DNA of 63,976 nt, the filler included, from Malassezia furfur (taxonomy: Eukaryota), in the NCBI GenBank assembly GCA_052055015.1. It is 5 parts of 5 records of this genome, joined end to end, with 100 filler letters (N's around TTAATTAATTAA, not from the genome) between each part and the next. Parts side by side here need not be neighbours in the genome. Positions count along the whole stretch, not along the records: positions 1 to 13,549 come from JBQJIT010000313.1; 4 more parts are not named here. One strand, 5' to 3'. The notes under the pieces are model-generated. The model made no database searches. It saw nothing but the letters and a program-made list of their open reading frames with translations, and was not told the DNA's origin. The translations under genes and the position numbers were made by a program. Positions 1 through 10,541 of the stretch are shown here, piece by piece; position 1 is the stretch's first letter; the number at the start of each line of letters is the position of its first letter.

Positions 1-972
1 GCGCGCGCCGCTCGCGCTCGGCGGCGAGAGCGCCTCGCACGCGAAGAGGCCGAGCGTCTCGCGCGCCGCAGCCGCGAAGACCGCCTCCGCGACCGCGAGG
101 AGCGCATCCTCGCGCGTGAGCGGCGCTTCCAGGAGCGCTCGCGTAGCCACACGCCCATGGCCCAGGGCGCCCGAGATACCGAAAAGCCCGCTGCCGAGCC
201 GCCCTCCGATACCGACTGGCACTTGCGCTGCGAGGTGTGTGGCATGGACGCACACAACCCGCCGGGCGAAGACAACGTCGTGGCGTGTGAGCGGTGCGGC
301 GTCTGGCAGCATACCGAGTGCTGGGACCGCCGCGACATCAATGCAGGACGCGCGCCGCGCGACTGGGAGCAGGTCGACTTTGTGTGCAGCACATGCGCCG
401 CACAGGCAAACGCCGCACCGTCACAGCCGCAGGAGCCATCCGCCGCCACGCAGGCATCGGTTAAGGCCGACGATGATGCCCACGATGCGCCGCGGCCCGT
501 CGCCATGCCGGCGATGCCGGCGCAGCCGGCGCCAGCACCCCTCACAGCGACGCTACCGAGTGTGCCGACGACGCCTGTGCCGCCGCATATGCCCGGCCCC
601 ACAGGGGCGCCTAGTGCCGTGCCCGGCGCGGCGCCTGCACAGCCCAGCGCCCCGATGGCGCCGTCCATGGGCGGAGGTGCACCGAATGTCCACCCAAGCA
701 CCCCGCTCGCACACCCGGCATGGCCGCCCGCATCGCCAACGGGCGCACCGTCGGGAATGTATGCCTCCCCGCATCCCAGTGGCGTGCCGCATGCCCGCAG
801 CACGCCGGCCTACTCGCCGCCGCTGGGGATGCGCAACTATTCGTCTCCAGGCTCCTTCCCGATGCGAAAAAACACGGCGCCATCGCCTCTTTCGGGCGCC
901 ATGAGCCCGGGCACGACTGTGCCTAATCTTCATCTCAACGCAGAAGCGCCGAACCCAGCGCACCCCCCATAG
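1..972 (+). CDS. PHD-finger protein, 5' partial (frame open from base 1)
   Basis: C4HC3 pattern CEVC...CERC..WQHTECW...CSTC followed by a Pro-rich tail; upstream frame encodes an R/E-rich coiled coil. Confidence 0.8.
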   Translation, partial: ARAARARRRERLAREEAERLARRSREDRLRDREERILARERRFQERSRSHTPMAQGARDTEKPAAEPPSDTDWHLRCEVCGMDAHNPPGEDNVVACERCGVWQHTECWDRRDINAGRAPRDWEQVDFVCSTCAAQANAAPSQPQEPSAATQASVKADDDAHDAPRPVAMPAMPAQPAPAPLTATLPSVPTTPVPPHMPGPTGAPSAVPGAAPAQPSAPMAPSMGGGAPNVHPSTPLAHPAWPPASPTGAPSGMYASPHPSGVPHARSTPAYSPPLGMRNYSSPGSFPMRKNTAPSPLSGAMSPGTTVPNLHLNAEAPNPAHPP

Positions 973-1095
973 TGTGGGCCTGCCACCGACCTCGTCCGCG
1001 GGCGGCCGTGCATAGGCCATTCCCCCCGCCTTGTAGAGTAGGGATCTGATGACCCCCGATAATTCGGCCGACACTGCACGCGCTGCTACGACGAC

Positions 1096-2098
1096 ATGGC
1101 GTCCGGGGCTGGCGACGCTCGAACGAACGGCGCCATCGCAGCGCAAGAGCGCGCGATGCATGTGTCCAACATGAGCGATCCGCAGAATATGGACACCGTG
1201 AGCGAGCTCGGAGAAGAAGAGGAGATTTATGGTACGTGTAACACTCACACAGAAAGCGAAACGCCCTCCGAAAGCGGGACAGAAGGACTGACATGGATCT
1301 CGTGGTTCTGCTCGCTTGCGGGTCACCAGTACTTTGCTGAAGTCGCCGAGGACTTTATCGAGGACGACTTCAATCTCACAGGCCTCAATTTCCTCGTGCC
1401 TTTCTACAAGGAGGCGCTTGAGATGATCCTCGACATCGAGCCGCAAGAAGACTCGCTCAAAATCCCTGACGTCTCGATCGTTGAGTCTTCGGCAGAGCTC
1501 CTGTACGGCCTCATTCACCAGCGGTATATCCTCACGCGGCAGGGCATGCAGCAGATGGTAGGTGGCCCAAGGCTCACCCACAGGTCGACAAGTACGAAGA
1601 GGGCCATTTCGGCGTATGCCCACGCGTGTTCTGCAACTCCCAGCTCGTGCTTCCATGCGGGCGATCGGATCTCCCGGGCCTCGATACGGTGAAACTGTAC
1701 TGCCCCAACTGCCTCGATACCTACATTCCGCCCAGCAGCCGGTTCCACGGAATTGACGGTACGTGCCCACCGCTGACGCAGGCGCATTTTTCGGCACCAC
1801 GTTCCCGCATCTCTTACTACAATGCTACCGTGATCTTGCGCCATCGATTGTGGCTGCGCCCGCCACGTCCCTGTCGAGCGAGCAGCAAGAGCAGGCGCCC
1901 GCGCCCTCCGAGCAGGCCGCGGAGGCGCCAGGCGCCGGGGCGCTGACGCCCGCACGGCTAGGTCGCAAAATCCCGCAAACGGGAATCTACATCCCGCGGA
2001 TTTACGGGTTCCGCGTGAGCGAGTTTGCCATCAGCGGGCCGCGCATGCAGTGGATGCGCGAGCGCCCGCACAGTCTCACCGAGCTCGAGCAGACGTAG
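1096..2098 (+). CDS. CKB1: Casein kinase II regulatory beta subunit; introns 1232-1252, 1558-1583, 1759-1781
   Basis: WISWFCSL..H.YFAEVAEDFIEDDFNLTGL, LYGLIHQRYI, CPRVFC..VKLYCPNC, GAFFGTTFP; three GT-AG introns join the frames. Confidence 0.95.
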
Positions 2099-2140
2099 TT
2101 TTGTTTAGTCATCGTCGCCCGCGTGCCTCATCGACCTGCC

Positions 2141-5100
2141 ATGGCGTCTCGTGCGGAGGCCGGCGAAGCCGCCGCGCCGGTATGTGACGTTCGCTCATCC
2201 AGTATCTCGTCCTACGGCAGCTGGCGAAAGACGTAAATGTGCGTCTTTCTGAGCCGCTCGATCTCGACGCTGTGCGCCCGTTCCAGGCACTCAGCGTCGC
2301 AAACCACCTTGGCGTCGCGGCAGTAACTACGCGTGACGGTGCGTCGACGACTCAGCTTACGCAGGATTCGACATACATACTCTCTCAGCGCTTCGAAAGA
2401 CATTCCTAGAGGCAGAGCGCGGTGCCACACCGCGCGCGCAGCCGCTCAAGTCGGTGCCAACGCGTGAATATGCTGCCGTGCAGTTCCTCGCGTTTGCAGA
2501 TCAGGCGTCGCGCATCGTCTGTGGACTTACGGACGGCAGTATTCTCCTGTACGATGCTTCTGGGGATGCTCTCATGGGCCGCGTCGCACCGCCTGCTGCC
2601 GGCGTGCACCTCACTGACGTCATTCCGAACCCCGGCGACCGCAGTGAGCTGTGCCTGGCCATCTACGCATCAGGCGCTGCAGCTGCGTCAGGAGGATCGT
2701 GTCATCTCCTGGATGTGCGCTCGGGTAGCTGGGTCGCATCCATGCCTGAGTCGGGCGTGACCAGCGCAGCGTGGTCGACCAAGGGCAAGCAGCTTGTCCT
2801 GGGCCTCCGCACCGGTGAACTCGTCCAATGCACCATTGAGGGCGAAGCCAAGGCCCGGCTCGCGCCACCTCCGGACGCGGATCGGCCCCTGCTCGTGGAG
2901 GACGTGCGCTGGCTGGAAAACCACGTATTTATCGTCACCTACAACACGGTGTCCGAGGAAATGGTACATGAATACGACGTCTTTGCCGTGCTGCGCGACC
3001 CCAAGTCGCAGGCCTGCACATATGCTGCCTTTCCGCTCGATGTGGCCCCTCCATTCGGCGATGTCGAGCGAGCAGGCCGGCGCTACATCGCTGCGCTGCG
3101 TGCATGGGACCGGGAAAAACACCTTGTGTTCATGGCCAATACGCCCAGCACCGACGTCGGCGTGCTGGATTGCAAGGCGGATGCCTCAGGACCAAGTGCG
3201 TGGAATGCACTGGAGTTGGAAGACACTTCGCGACCCGCCCTGCCGTTCTCGTCGACCGACGACGCCTCCGACACGGCTCCGATTGGTCTCGAGTTCGACC
3301 TGACAGCCACCGACCCTGTCGATGACCCTAACGCGGCAGCCAAGGGCGAGGATACCTCGACCAAGCTCCCGGCCATGCCCATTCTCCTCGTTTACACCAA
3401 TGATGGCGTTTTGCTCGCCTACCATGTGATCAACACTGATACCTCGGAACCATACCCTGGCATGGTGACCCCCGGCGCCGGTCCTTCGCCATCCGACTCT
3501 ACCCCCGTTGCTGGCCAACCATCGACGGCCACGCCTCAGGCCGCGCCGGCCGCACCGGCCTTTGGTGCACCAGCGACGTCGGCCAAACCGGCGTTTGGGA
3601 GCGTGTCGCAGCCCAGCAGTGCGCCTGCATTCGGTGCACCATCCGCATTTGGATCAGCCAAGCCAGCATTTGGCTCGACGTCTGGCTTTGGTGCCTCTGC
3701 GTTTGGGAACACGCCAGCCTCGACGCCCTCCTCGGGCGGCTTTAGTGCATTTGGTGGGGGCGCATCCGCGTTCGGAAGCGCAAACAATGGCTCGAAGCCT
3801 GCGAATGCATTTGGCAGTACGGCGACGCCATCGGCGTTTGGCGGTGGATCGAGTGCGTCGGCATTCGGAAGCACTTCGACGCCTTCCGCCTTTGGAAGCA
3901 CGTCGACACCTTCGGCCTTTGGGAGCACATCGACGCCCTCCGCCTTCGGGAAACTCGCTTTTGGCCAATCGTCGGCGTTTGGTTCTCAGGCAGGTACGCC
4001 CACGGCGTTTGGGAGCACGACGCCCAATACAGCATTTGGACAGTCGTCCGGGTTCGGCTCGACCGCAGCGTTTGGCAAGCCGGCAGCGGCGTCTACGACA
4101 GGCTCTGCATTCAGTGCGATGGCAGGCAAACCGACTGGTTTCGGTGCGGTGAGCAGCGCCAGCGGCGCCTCGATCTTCGGGTCCGGTGAGTCGTTGGACA
4201 AAGGCAAACCGGCCTTCGAGGGAGTCAAGCCCGCACCAAAGAAGGATGTGGCTGGCGAGGAGCCGAGCATGGATGCTGAGCCGCTAGACAATGCTGGCCA
4301 GGGTGCTTTCTCCTTCGGCTCGATGGGAGATCTGGTGGGCTCCACGGAAAAGAAGGAGGCAAGCTCGAGCCAAGAGAAGCCAACACCTGCATTTGGTTTC
4401 GCTGGTTCAGCCAAGACACCTTCCACAGGCTTCTCGTTTGGCCAGAAGAAGGACGAGGCGCAGACCGAGCAGCCGAAATCGTCGCCTTTTTCGTTCGCCA
4501 AGCCGGAAAGCGCGAGTGGCAGCACGTCGGCATTCTCCTTTGCCAAGCCGGAGGCAGAGAAGGACGGGGGAGCCAAACCAGCAGCAACACCCGCCTTTTC
4601 GTTCGGCCAACAGAAAGAAAGCAAGGCCCCGGCGCCCGAGGATACCAGCGGCTCTGCGCCCAAGAGTGCTGCGTCAGCGCAAGACGCAAGTCCTGCTAAG
4701 GAACCACAGCAGCCGCCCTCGGCTAAGCCAGACCAGGAGAAGCCCAAGGATGCACCTTCCTTTTCGTTTGCCAAACCAGAAGCCAAGCCGAAGGAGGAGA
4801 GCAACGATGCAAAGCCCTCGTCGCCATTCTCCTTTGCCAAGTCGGATGAGAAGAAGGAAGAGGACAAACCAAAAACCCCCGCCTTCTCGTTTGCCAAGCC
4901 GGAGGACCAAAAGGATGGGGCTAAGTCTAGCGCCCCTACATTCTCCTTTGCCAAGTCAGAGGGCCAGAAGGAGGACAAGAAGGAGGAGGAGAAACCAGAC
5001 AAGCCCGCATTCTCCTTTGCCAAGCCCGACGACAAGAAAGAGGACGCAAAACCCAGCACGTCTACCTTCTCTTTCGCGAAGCCTGAAGACAAGAAGGAAG

Positions 5101-8100
5101 ATGGTAAGTCAAGTACCGCTGCTTTCTCGTTTGCGAAGCCCGACGACAAGAAGGCGGAGTCCAAGCCAAGTGCGCCTGCTTTCTCGTTCGCCAAGCCTGA
5201 GGAAAAGCAGGAGGACAAGAAGGAGGATGACAAGCCAAACAAGCCTGCGTTTTCCTTCGCCAAGTCGGACGACAAGAAGGAGGAGTCCAAGCCAAGTGCG
5301 CCTGCCTTCTCGTTCGCCAAGCCTGAGGGAAAGCAGGAGGATAAGAAAGAGGATGACAAGCCAAACAAGCCTGCATTTTCCTTCGCCAAGTCGGAGGACA
5401 AGAAAGAAGACTCAAAACCGAGCACACCTTCCTTCTCGTTCGCCAAGCCTGAGGGAAAACAGGAGGACAAGAAGGAGGATGACAAGCCAAACAAGCCTGC
5501 GTTTTCCTTCGCCAAGTCGGACGACAAGAAGGAGGAGTCCAAGCCAAGTGCGCCTGCCTTCTCGTTTGCCAAACCTGAGGGAAAGCAGGAGGATAAGAAG
5601 GAGGATGACAAGTCAAACAAGCCTGCGTTCTCCTTCGCCAAGTCGGACGACAAGAAGAAAGATACAAAACCGAGCACACCTTCCTTCTCCTTCGCCAAGC
5701 CTGAAGACAAAAAAGAACCTTCTCCGTTCTCCTTTGCTACGTCGCAGGAGAAGGGCGATAAGAGCAAGCCATCTGCCTTTTCTTCGTTTGCCCAAGCGGG
5801 TGAGTCGAAGGCCTCGCCATTTTCGTTCGTCAAGCCAAAGTCGGAAGAGCCGGCAGCAAAGGCGGTGTCTCAGGGCGACGCAAAGGAGTCTGTAACTGAT
5901 GCATCGGCGAACGACCAGTCCAAGGACCAGCCCGAGGCTGGGAAGGAACTTGGAGCTGCGCCCAAGTCGCCCGAAGCCACCAAGGCCGAGACGGCTCCCG
6001 AGCCGGCCAAGTCGGAGGCTGGCGCTTCGGACGATCGTTCTGAAAAGACGCAGCCGAGCGCGACCACCACGCAAGAAAGTCCCTCGGCCCCGGCTGCAGA
6101 GCTCAAGCCCAAGGAGACGACACCAGCGGAAGCAAGCACGACACCGGCCAAGGCGCCGCCGAGCAATGCGCCTAAGCCGGCCTCGGGCTTTTCGTTTGCG
6201 GCGCCGCCCTCAGGAGGCGCGACCAAACAGGCACCGGCGTTTTCGTTTGCGCAGCCGAACCGCGGTGAGAAAACGGGCGGCACGTCCCCCGCATTCTCTT
6301 TCGCCAAAAAAGACGATGCGTCGAAGCCGAGCTCGGCCTTTTCGTTCGCGAACCCCGCGACGCCGACGAAGCCGGCGTTTTCGTTCGCCAAGACGGAAGA
6401 CAAGAGCGGCAACGAGAAAACTGCGGGCGCGTTCTCGTTTGCCAAGCCGGAGAGCACCACACCCAAGGCCGCGCCGAGCTTCTCGTTCGCAAAGCCGACC
6501 GATGCACAAGAGTCGAAAACGCCATCCTTCGCGCCGAAGCCGGCCGACAAGCCGCCTGCCGCGGAAAGCAAACCCAAGGCCGACGCAGCACCGACGCCCA
6601 GTCCCTTCTCGTTTGCCAAGCCGAGCAGCGCCGACGTGCCCAAGCCGGACACAAAGGAAGGCGGCTCGGCATTCTCGTTCGGCAAGCCGTCGGGCGTTGC
6701 GTCCGCTACCTCGGCGCCTGCGCAGGAAAAGCCGAGTGTCGTTGCGGCCACTGACAAGGCAGCAACGCCCGCGGCCTCGGCTCGTGCAGCTGGCACGCCG
6801 CTCCGCGATGTGCGGGTGCCCAAGGTGCATCTGCCATCGGTGCCGACCCCCGATGTATCGAGTGAGAGTGGCGAGCTGCAGCGCGAGTTTGTCAAGGTGT
6901 ATTTGAGCGTGAATGCGGAGCTCAAGGCGCTGCACGAGCGTGCCAGCGAGCTGAGCCGCTTTTTCGACGATCTGCAGCAGCGCGGGGATGCGAAGCGCGT
7001 TGACGATCTCCACGACCCGGCAACGTGGACGTTTGGCGACCTGGACTCGCTGGCGTCGGTGGCCCAAGTGCTGCAGACGCGCATCGAGGATACGGAGCGC
7101 GCCGTGTCCGAGAGCCAGCAGCGCGTCGCCAACATCCAGAGTGTGCAGCTCAAGGCGGAGATCAAGCGAGACGAGGCCGCGCGTTTCCTCCGCGCACGCA
7201 AGGATCCGTCGTTTGCCAAGCTGGTGCATGTGCGCCACCTCGGCCCGGAGCATGTGGAGAACCAGCAGCGGCTCCGGCGGACGACACACATGGTGCGCGA
7301 GCGGATGCAGGAGTTGGAAGACTACCTGCACACCATCAAGACGACGGTCGCCAACGACAAGTCAGGCCGCTCGTCGCTGCGCCCGCCATCGCTCGACTCG
7401 GTGTATCGCTCGGCAGAGCACATTAGTACCCTCGCCGCGCGCCGCCTCGCTGAGCTCGACCGGCTCGGGGGCGAGCTGAAGGAGCTGCGCCCGGACGTTG
7501 CGACGCCGGCACCGCTGAGCGACGAGAGTCGCATGGCCACGCCGCGTAAGACGAGCACCGCACTCGACTCGCTCAACGACCTGCACACGACGCTGCCCGA
7601 GGCCACCGAGGCCGACAGCGAGGCCGACTGGGCCGCGCATGTCGCCGCGATGGAAACGGTGCTGCAGGTGCGTACGGCGCCGGTCGTTACCGAGGCTACG
7701 GCGTCGAGCGTGCGCACCGACGGCATCGATGCGCCTGTTGTGCTGCACCGTGCGCCGTCGCGTGAGGCGACGCCACCGCCGCCAGCACCCGCGCCGGCCG
7801 CGCCCACTGCGGCCCCTGCCGAGCCCACCGCACCCAAGCCGACGCGTCCCGACTTTTTGGCAACCAGGACTCCGGACGGCGTGCGTGCACCGACCCCGCA
7901 AGCGCGCTCCACGACGCACGCCCCGGCGCAAGGCGTCGCAGCGGCGCCCGCTGCGCATGCGTCGGGACCCACATATACCACGTTCGAGGGGCTCGTCCCG
8001 CCGCGTCCCGTCTCGCCGCCACAGGATCTGACGCTCGAGCAGTATGTCGAGCAGGAGGAAAGCGACGGGTACGAGGACGACGACGAGTTTGACGACTATG

Positions 8101-8174
8101 GCGAGGACGAAGACGACGAAGACGACTATGACGAAGAAGACGACGAAGACGACGACGAGGTAGACGATGCATAG
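2141..8174 (+). CDS. NUP159: Nup159/Nup214-like nucleoporin (beta-propeller, SAFG and FSFAK repeats, C-terminal coiled coil); introns 2180-2202, 2339-2364
   Basis: N-terminal propeller-like region (AAWSTKGKQLVLG, VRWLENHVFIVTY), long FG-type repeat region, coiled coil; two introns link ATG 2141 to the 1906-aa ORF. Confidence 0.85.
5120..5700 (+). repeat. Coding tandem repeat, 126-nt (42-aa) unit, about 4.5 copies, with a 252-nt higher-order period
   Basis: ccaagccaagtgcgcctgc recurs at 5161, 5287 and 5539; unit AFSFAKPEGKQEDKKEDDKPNKPAFSFAKSDDKKEESKPSAP. Confidence 0.9.
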
Positions 8175-8179
8175 TCCTA

Positions 8180-9862
8180 CTACAGGTCGAGCGCAATTGT
8201 ACTAGCGAGCCCCTGTGCCTCTGGGAATGCGTTGGGGTCCACCCACCGCCACACGTCGTAGCGGTGGTTCAGTCCGCTCTGCTCGTGGATCGCGTACGGC
8301 CCGCCATCCTCGCCGCCAAGGCACGCGGCACGGCCGTCCGGCCCGGCGTGCGCGCCGCAGAAGCCGCCCGAGCGGGGGGCTGGGAACAGGAAGTACACGG
8401 TCTGCACACGCGAGTGGATCAGCGCCATGGCACAGTACACACATGGCTCGTGTGTCAAAAAGAGGGATAGGCCCGTCAGCAGATAGTCCTGCCCGTTCGC
8501 CGCGACACCCTCGACCGGCCCCGTACGCCGCGACGCACGCCACTCGGCTACTGCACGCACCGCGTTCGGTACTGCATGACGCAGAGGATGTGCGTCGCGC
8601 GTACGTGTGTCGTGCGCATCGAGCGCAATCGCGACTTGCCCTTGCGCGTCTGGCGCCTCGGTCACGAAGGCCGCGCACCCAATCTCGCCCGCGACTTGTG
8701 CCGCGCGCGCCGTCGCCAGGCACCTCGCAAAACCGGCGCGGATCCAGTCGGTCGCGTGCGGTGCCTGCCAATGCGCCGCGTCCTGCGCGCGGTCCACGAG
8801 CGTTGCTGCCCGTGCCGCGTCGCTGCCCGGCAAGGCGTTCCCCGTCGCGAGGCCAGCGCCAGGCGGCAAGAAGATGCACGGCCATACGGATGCCCACTCG
8901 GCAAGACGCGCGCGACTTGGCGCAGCACACACTGGCACACGCACGAGGTACAGCTCGGGTACGGCGAGGTCGCCGAGCGCAGGCGCCAGCAGCGCAACGA
9001 GCTCTTCGCGCGACTGCGGGCCGTATTGGGCAACGAGCACCGCGAGGCGGTCGGTGTCGGCATTCGCTGGGAGTGCATTCCCATCGGCATCGACGCGCGT
9101 CACTTCGCGCGCCTTGCGGAATGTGCGCAGATGCCGCAACTGCGCGCCGCTGTGCACCACCTTGTCCTTGGTTAGGCCTTGGAGCACACGCGCGACCGAC
9201 GCACAGTTGCGCGGCTCAGCATCCAAGGCCCAAGCCAGCATAGTGTCAAGCGGCATGGTGCGTGGGTCTGGTGATGCAGTGACGCGCCAAAGTGGGGCGT
9301 CCGTGTCGACGGGCGCGCGTGCATATGTAGATGGTGGGGGGGTATCGAAGGAGCCTGCATCGTCCGCATCCGTGAGGTCCATTTGGCCAAACAGCGTGCA
9401 CTCGTCTGTCTCAGTCGCTGGAGGTGTTGTGGGCACATCATCTGTCTCCCACCACATTTTGCCGGCGCCATAGCAGATGCACAGCTCCTCGCCCGCAGCG
9501 ATGTCACGCACCGTACGAAACTGGATGCACTGCGCTGCGCGATTGAGCTGGTAGGATACATTTGCGCGCGGTGAGTGATTAAAGAGTGAGCCTAACCCCA
9601 GTGCGAGAGCCATGGTGCTGCCGTTCGCGCGCTTCTCCCAAACAAACGTGTATGAGTCGAGGAGCGTGTGCCGTCCGTGCGCTTGGTATTCTTCGGCGCC
9701 GAACAGGAGTACGGGGCTGATTTCTACAACGACATCACGAGCGATCGGCTGCGATGCCACCACGCCGCGGCCTGCCGTAGGCGTGTCACAGATGCGCAGG
9801 CCGAGCGCATTGAGATGCGGCGTCACCTCTTCCCAGCCCGCAGGTGCGTCGCGGTTGGCCAT
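8180..9862 (-). CDS. TAD3: Fusion of a SET-domain protein and tRNA A34 deaminase non-catalytic subunit Tad3/ADAT3
   Basis: N-term GRGVVA...LFNHS..ANV...DIAAGEELCICYG (SET); C-term HPLRHAV...DYLLTG...THEPCVYCAMALIHSRV...LNHRY (ADAT3, with HAV in place of HAE). Confidence 0.88.
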   Translation of the reverse strand: MANRDAPAGWEEVTPHLNALGLRICDTPTAGRGVVASQPIARDVVVEISPVLLFGAEEYQAHGRHTLLDSYTFVWEKRANGSTMALALGLGSLFNHSPRANVSYQLNRAAQCIQFRTVRDIAAGEELCICYGAGKMWWETDDVPTTPPATETDECTLFGQMDLTDADDAGSFDTPPPSTYARAPVDTDAPLWRVTASPDPRTMPLDTMLAWALDAEPRNCASVARVLQGLTKDKVVHSGAQLRHLRTFRKAREVTRVDADGNALPANADTDRLAVLVAQYGPQSREELVALLAPALGDLAVPELYLVRVPVCAAPSRARLAEWASVWPCIFLPPGAGLATGNALPGSDAARAATLVDRAQDAAHWQAPHATDWIRAGFARCLATARAAQVAGEIGCAAFVTEAPDAQGQVAIALDAHDTRTRDAHPLRHAVPNAVRAVAEWRASRRTGPVEGVAANGQDYLLTGLSLFLTHEPCVYCAMALIHSRVQTVYFLFPAPRSGGFCGAHAGPDGRAACLGGEDGGPYAIHEQSGLNHRYDVWRWVDPNAFPEAQGLASTIALDL

Positions 9863-9929
9863 CAAAAAAAATGCCAAAATGTTAAGATCGGACCTCCACT
9901 TAACAACGATGTCGAGCGGGTGGCAAGCC

Positions 9930-10196
9930 ATGTCCCGCGTACCTATGCTGCGCCGTGCATTGCACACGACGCGCCGTGTCGGCAAGGAGCCCACGCGCAA
10001 GCCGCAAGAGACGCCCAAGAAAGATGCACCGCGTGAGAACAGCGCACCGCAGCGCTCTGTCTCCGACCGTGATCGCGAAATCCACGAACGGCTGATGGAC
10101 CGCGAAGGCGGGCACCATGCTGTCGGCATTGTGGACGGAAAATACGAGGGCGGCCTCGGAAAGGAGACCAAAAAGAACATGTTCCGCTTGATTTAG
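9930..10196 (+). CDS. Small (88 aa) probable mitochondrial protein of unknown function
   Basis: Arg-rich presequence-like MSRVPMLRRALHTTRR; C-terminus EGG...DGKYEGGL...NMFRLI resembles a small fungal protein family (recalled, unverified). Confidence 0.6.
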   Translation: MSRVPMLRRALHTTRRVGKEPTRKPQETPKKDAPRENSAPQRSVSDRDREIHERLMDREGGHHAVGIVDGKYEGGLGKETKKNMFRLI

Positions 10197-10541
10197 GTGC
10201 TCATTATACAGAAACCCTATGCACGAATCTATCTTGGGTCTTTCGCCTACTCAGACGCATTGGCCTCCGCCTCGGCCTCTTCCCGTGTCACGCCCGGCGG
10301 GCGGTATGCGGCAAAGGAGACGCGCAGCATATTCGGGTCCGTAGCATCTGAGTCCGATTCGGAAGCTGCATCCTGGTTGCGCTCTTCGGGGCTCGAGGTA
10401 TCGTGAGAACGCAAGATGCCCGAATCGTACGGCTCGTCCGAAGGCACCGGCTTCTGTGTCTCCGTAGGCGCCTGCGAATGGGTCGCCGAGGGCCACGTAT
10501 TGGGTGGCGGCACCGAGATAATAGTACCAGGCGCATTGTTG

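Noticed and set aside
3986..7291. Long minus-strand ORFs (615 and 473 aa) with repeats
   Set aside because: Antisense mirror of the nucleoporin repeats
9863..10180. N-terminal 106-aa extension of the TAD3 ORF
   Set aside because: Antisense to the small ORF at 9930-10196; ATG 9862 sits directly before the SET domain
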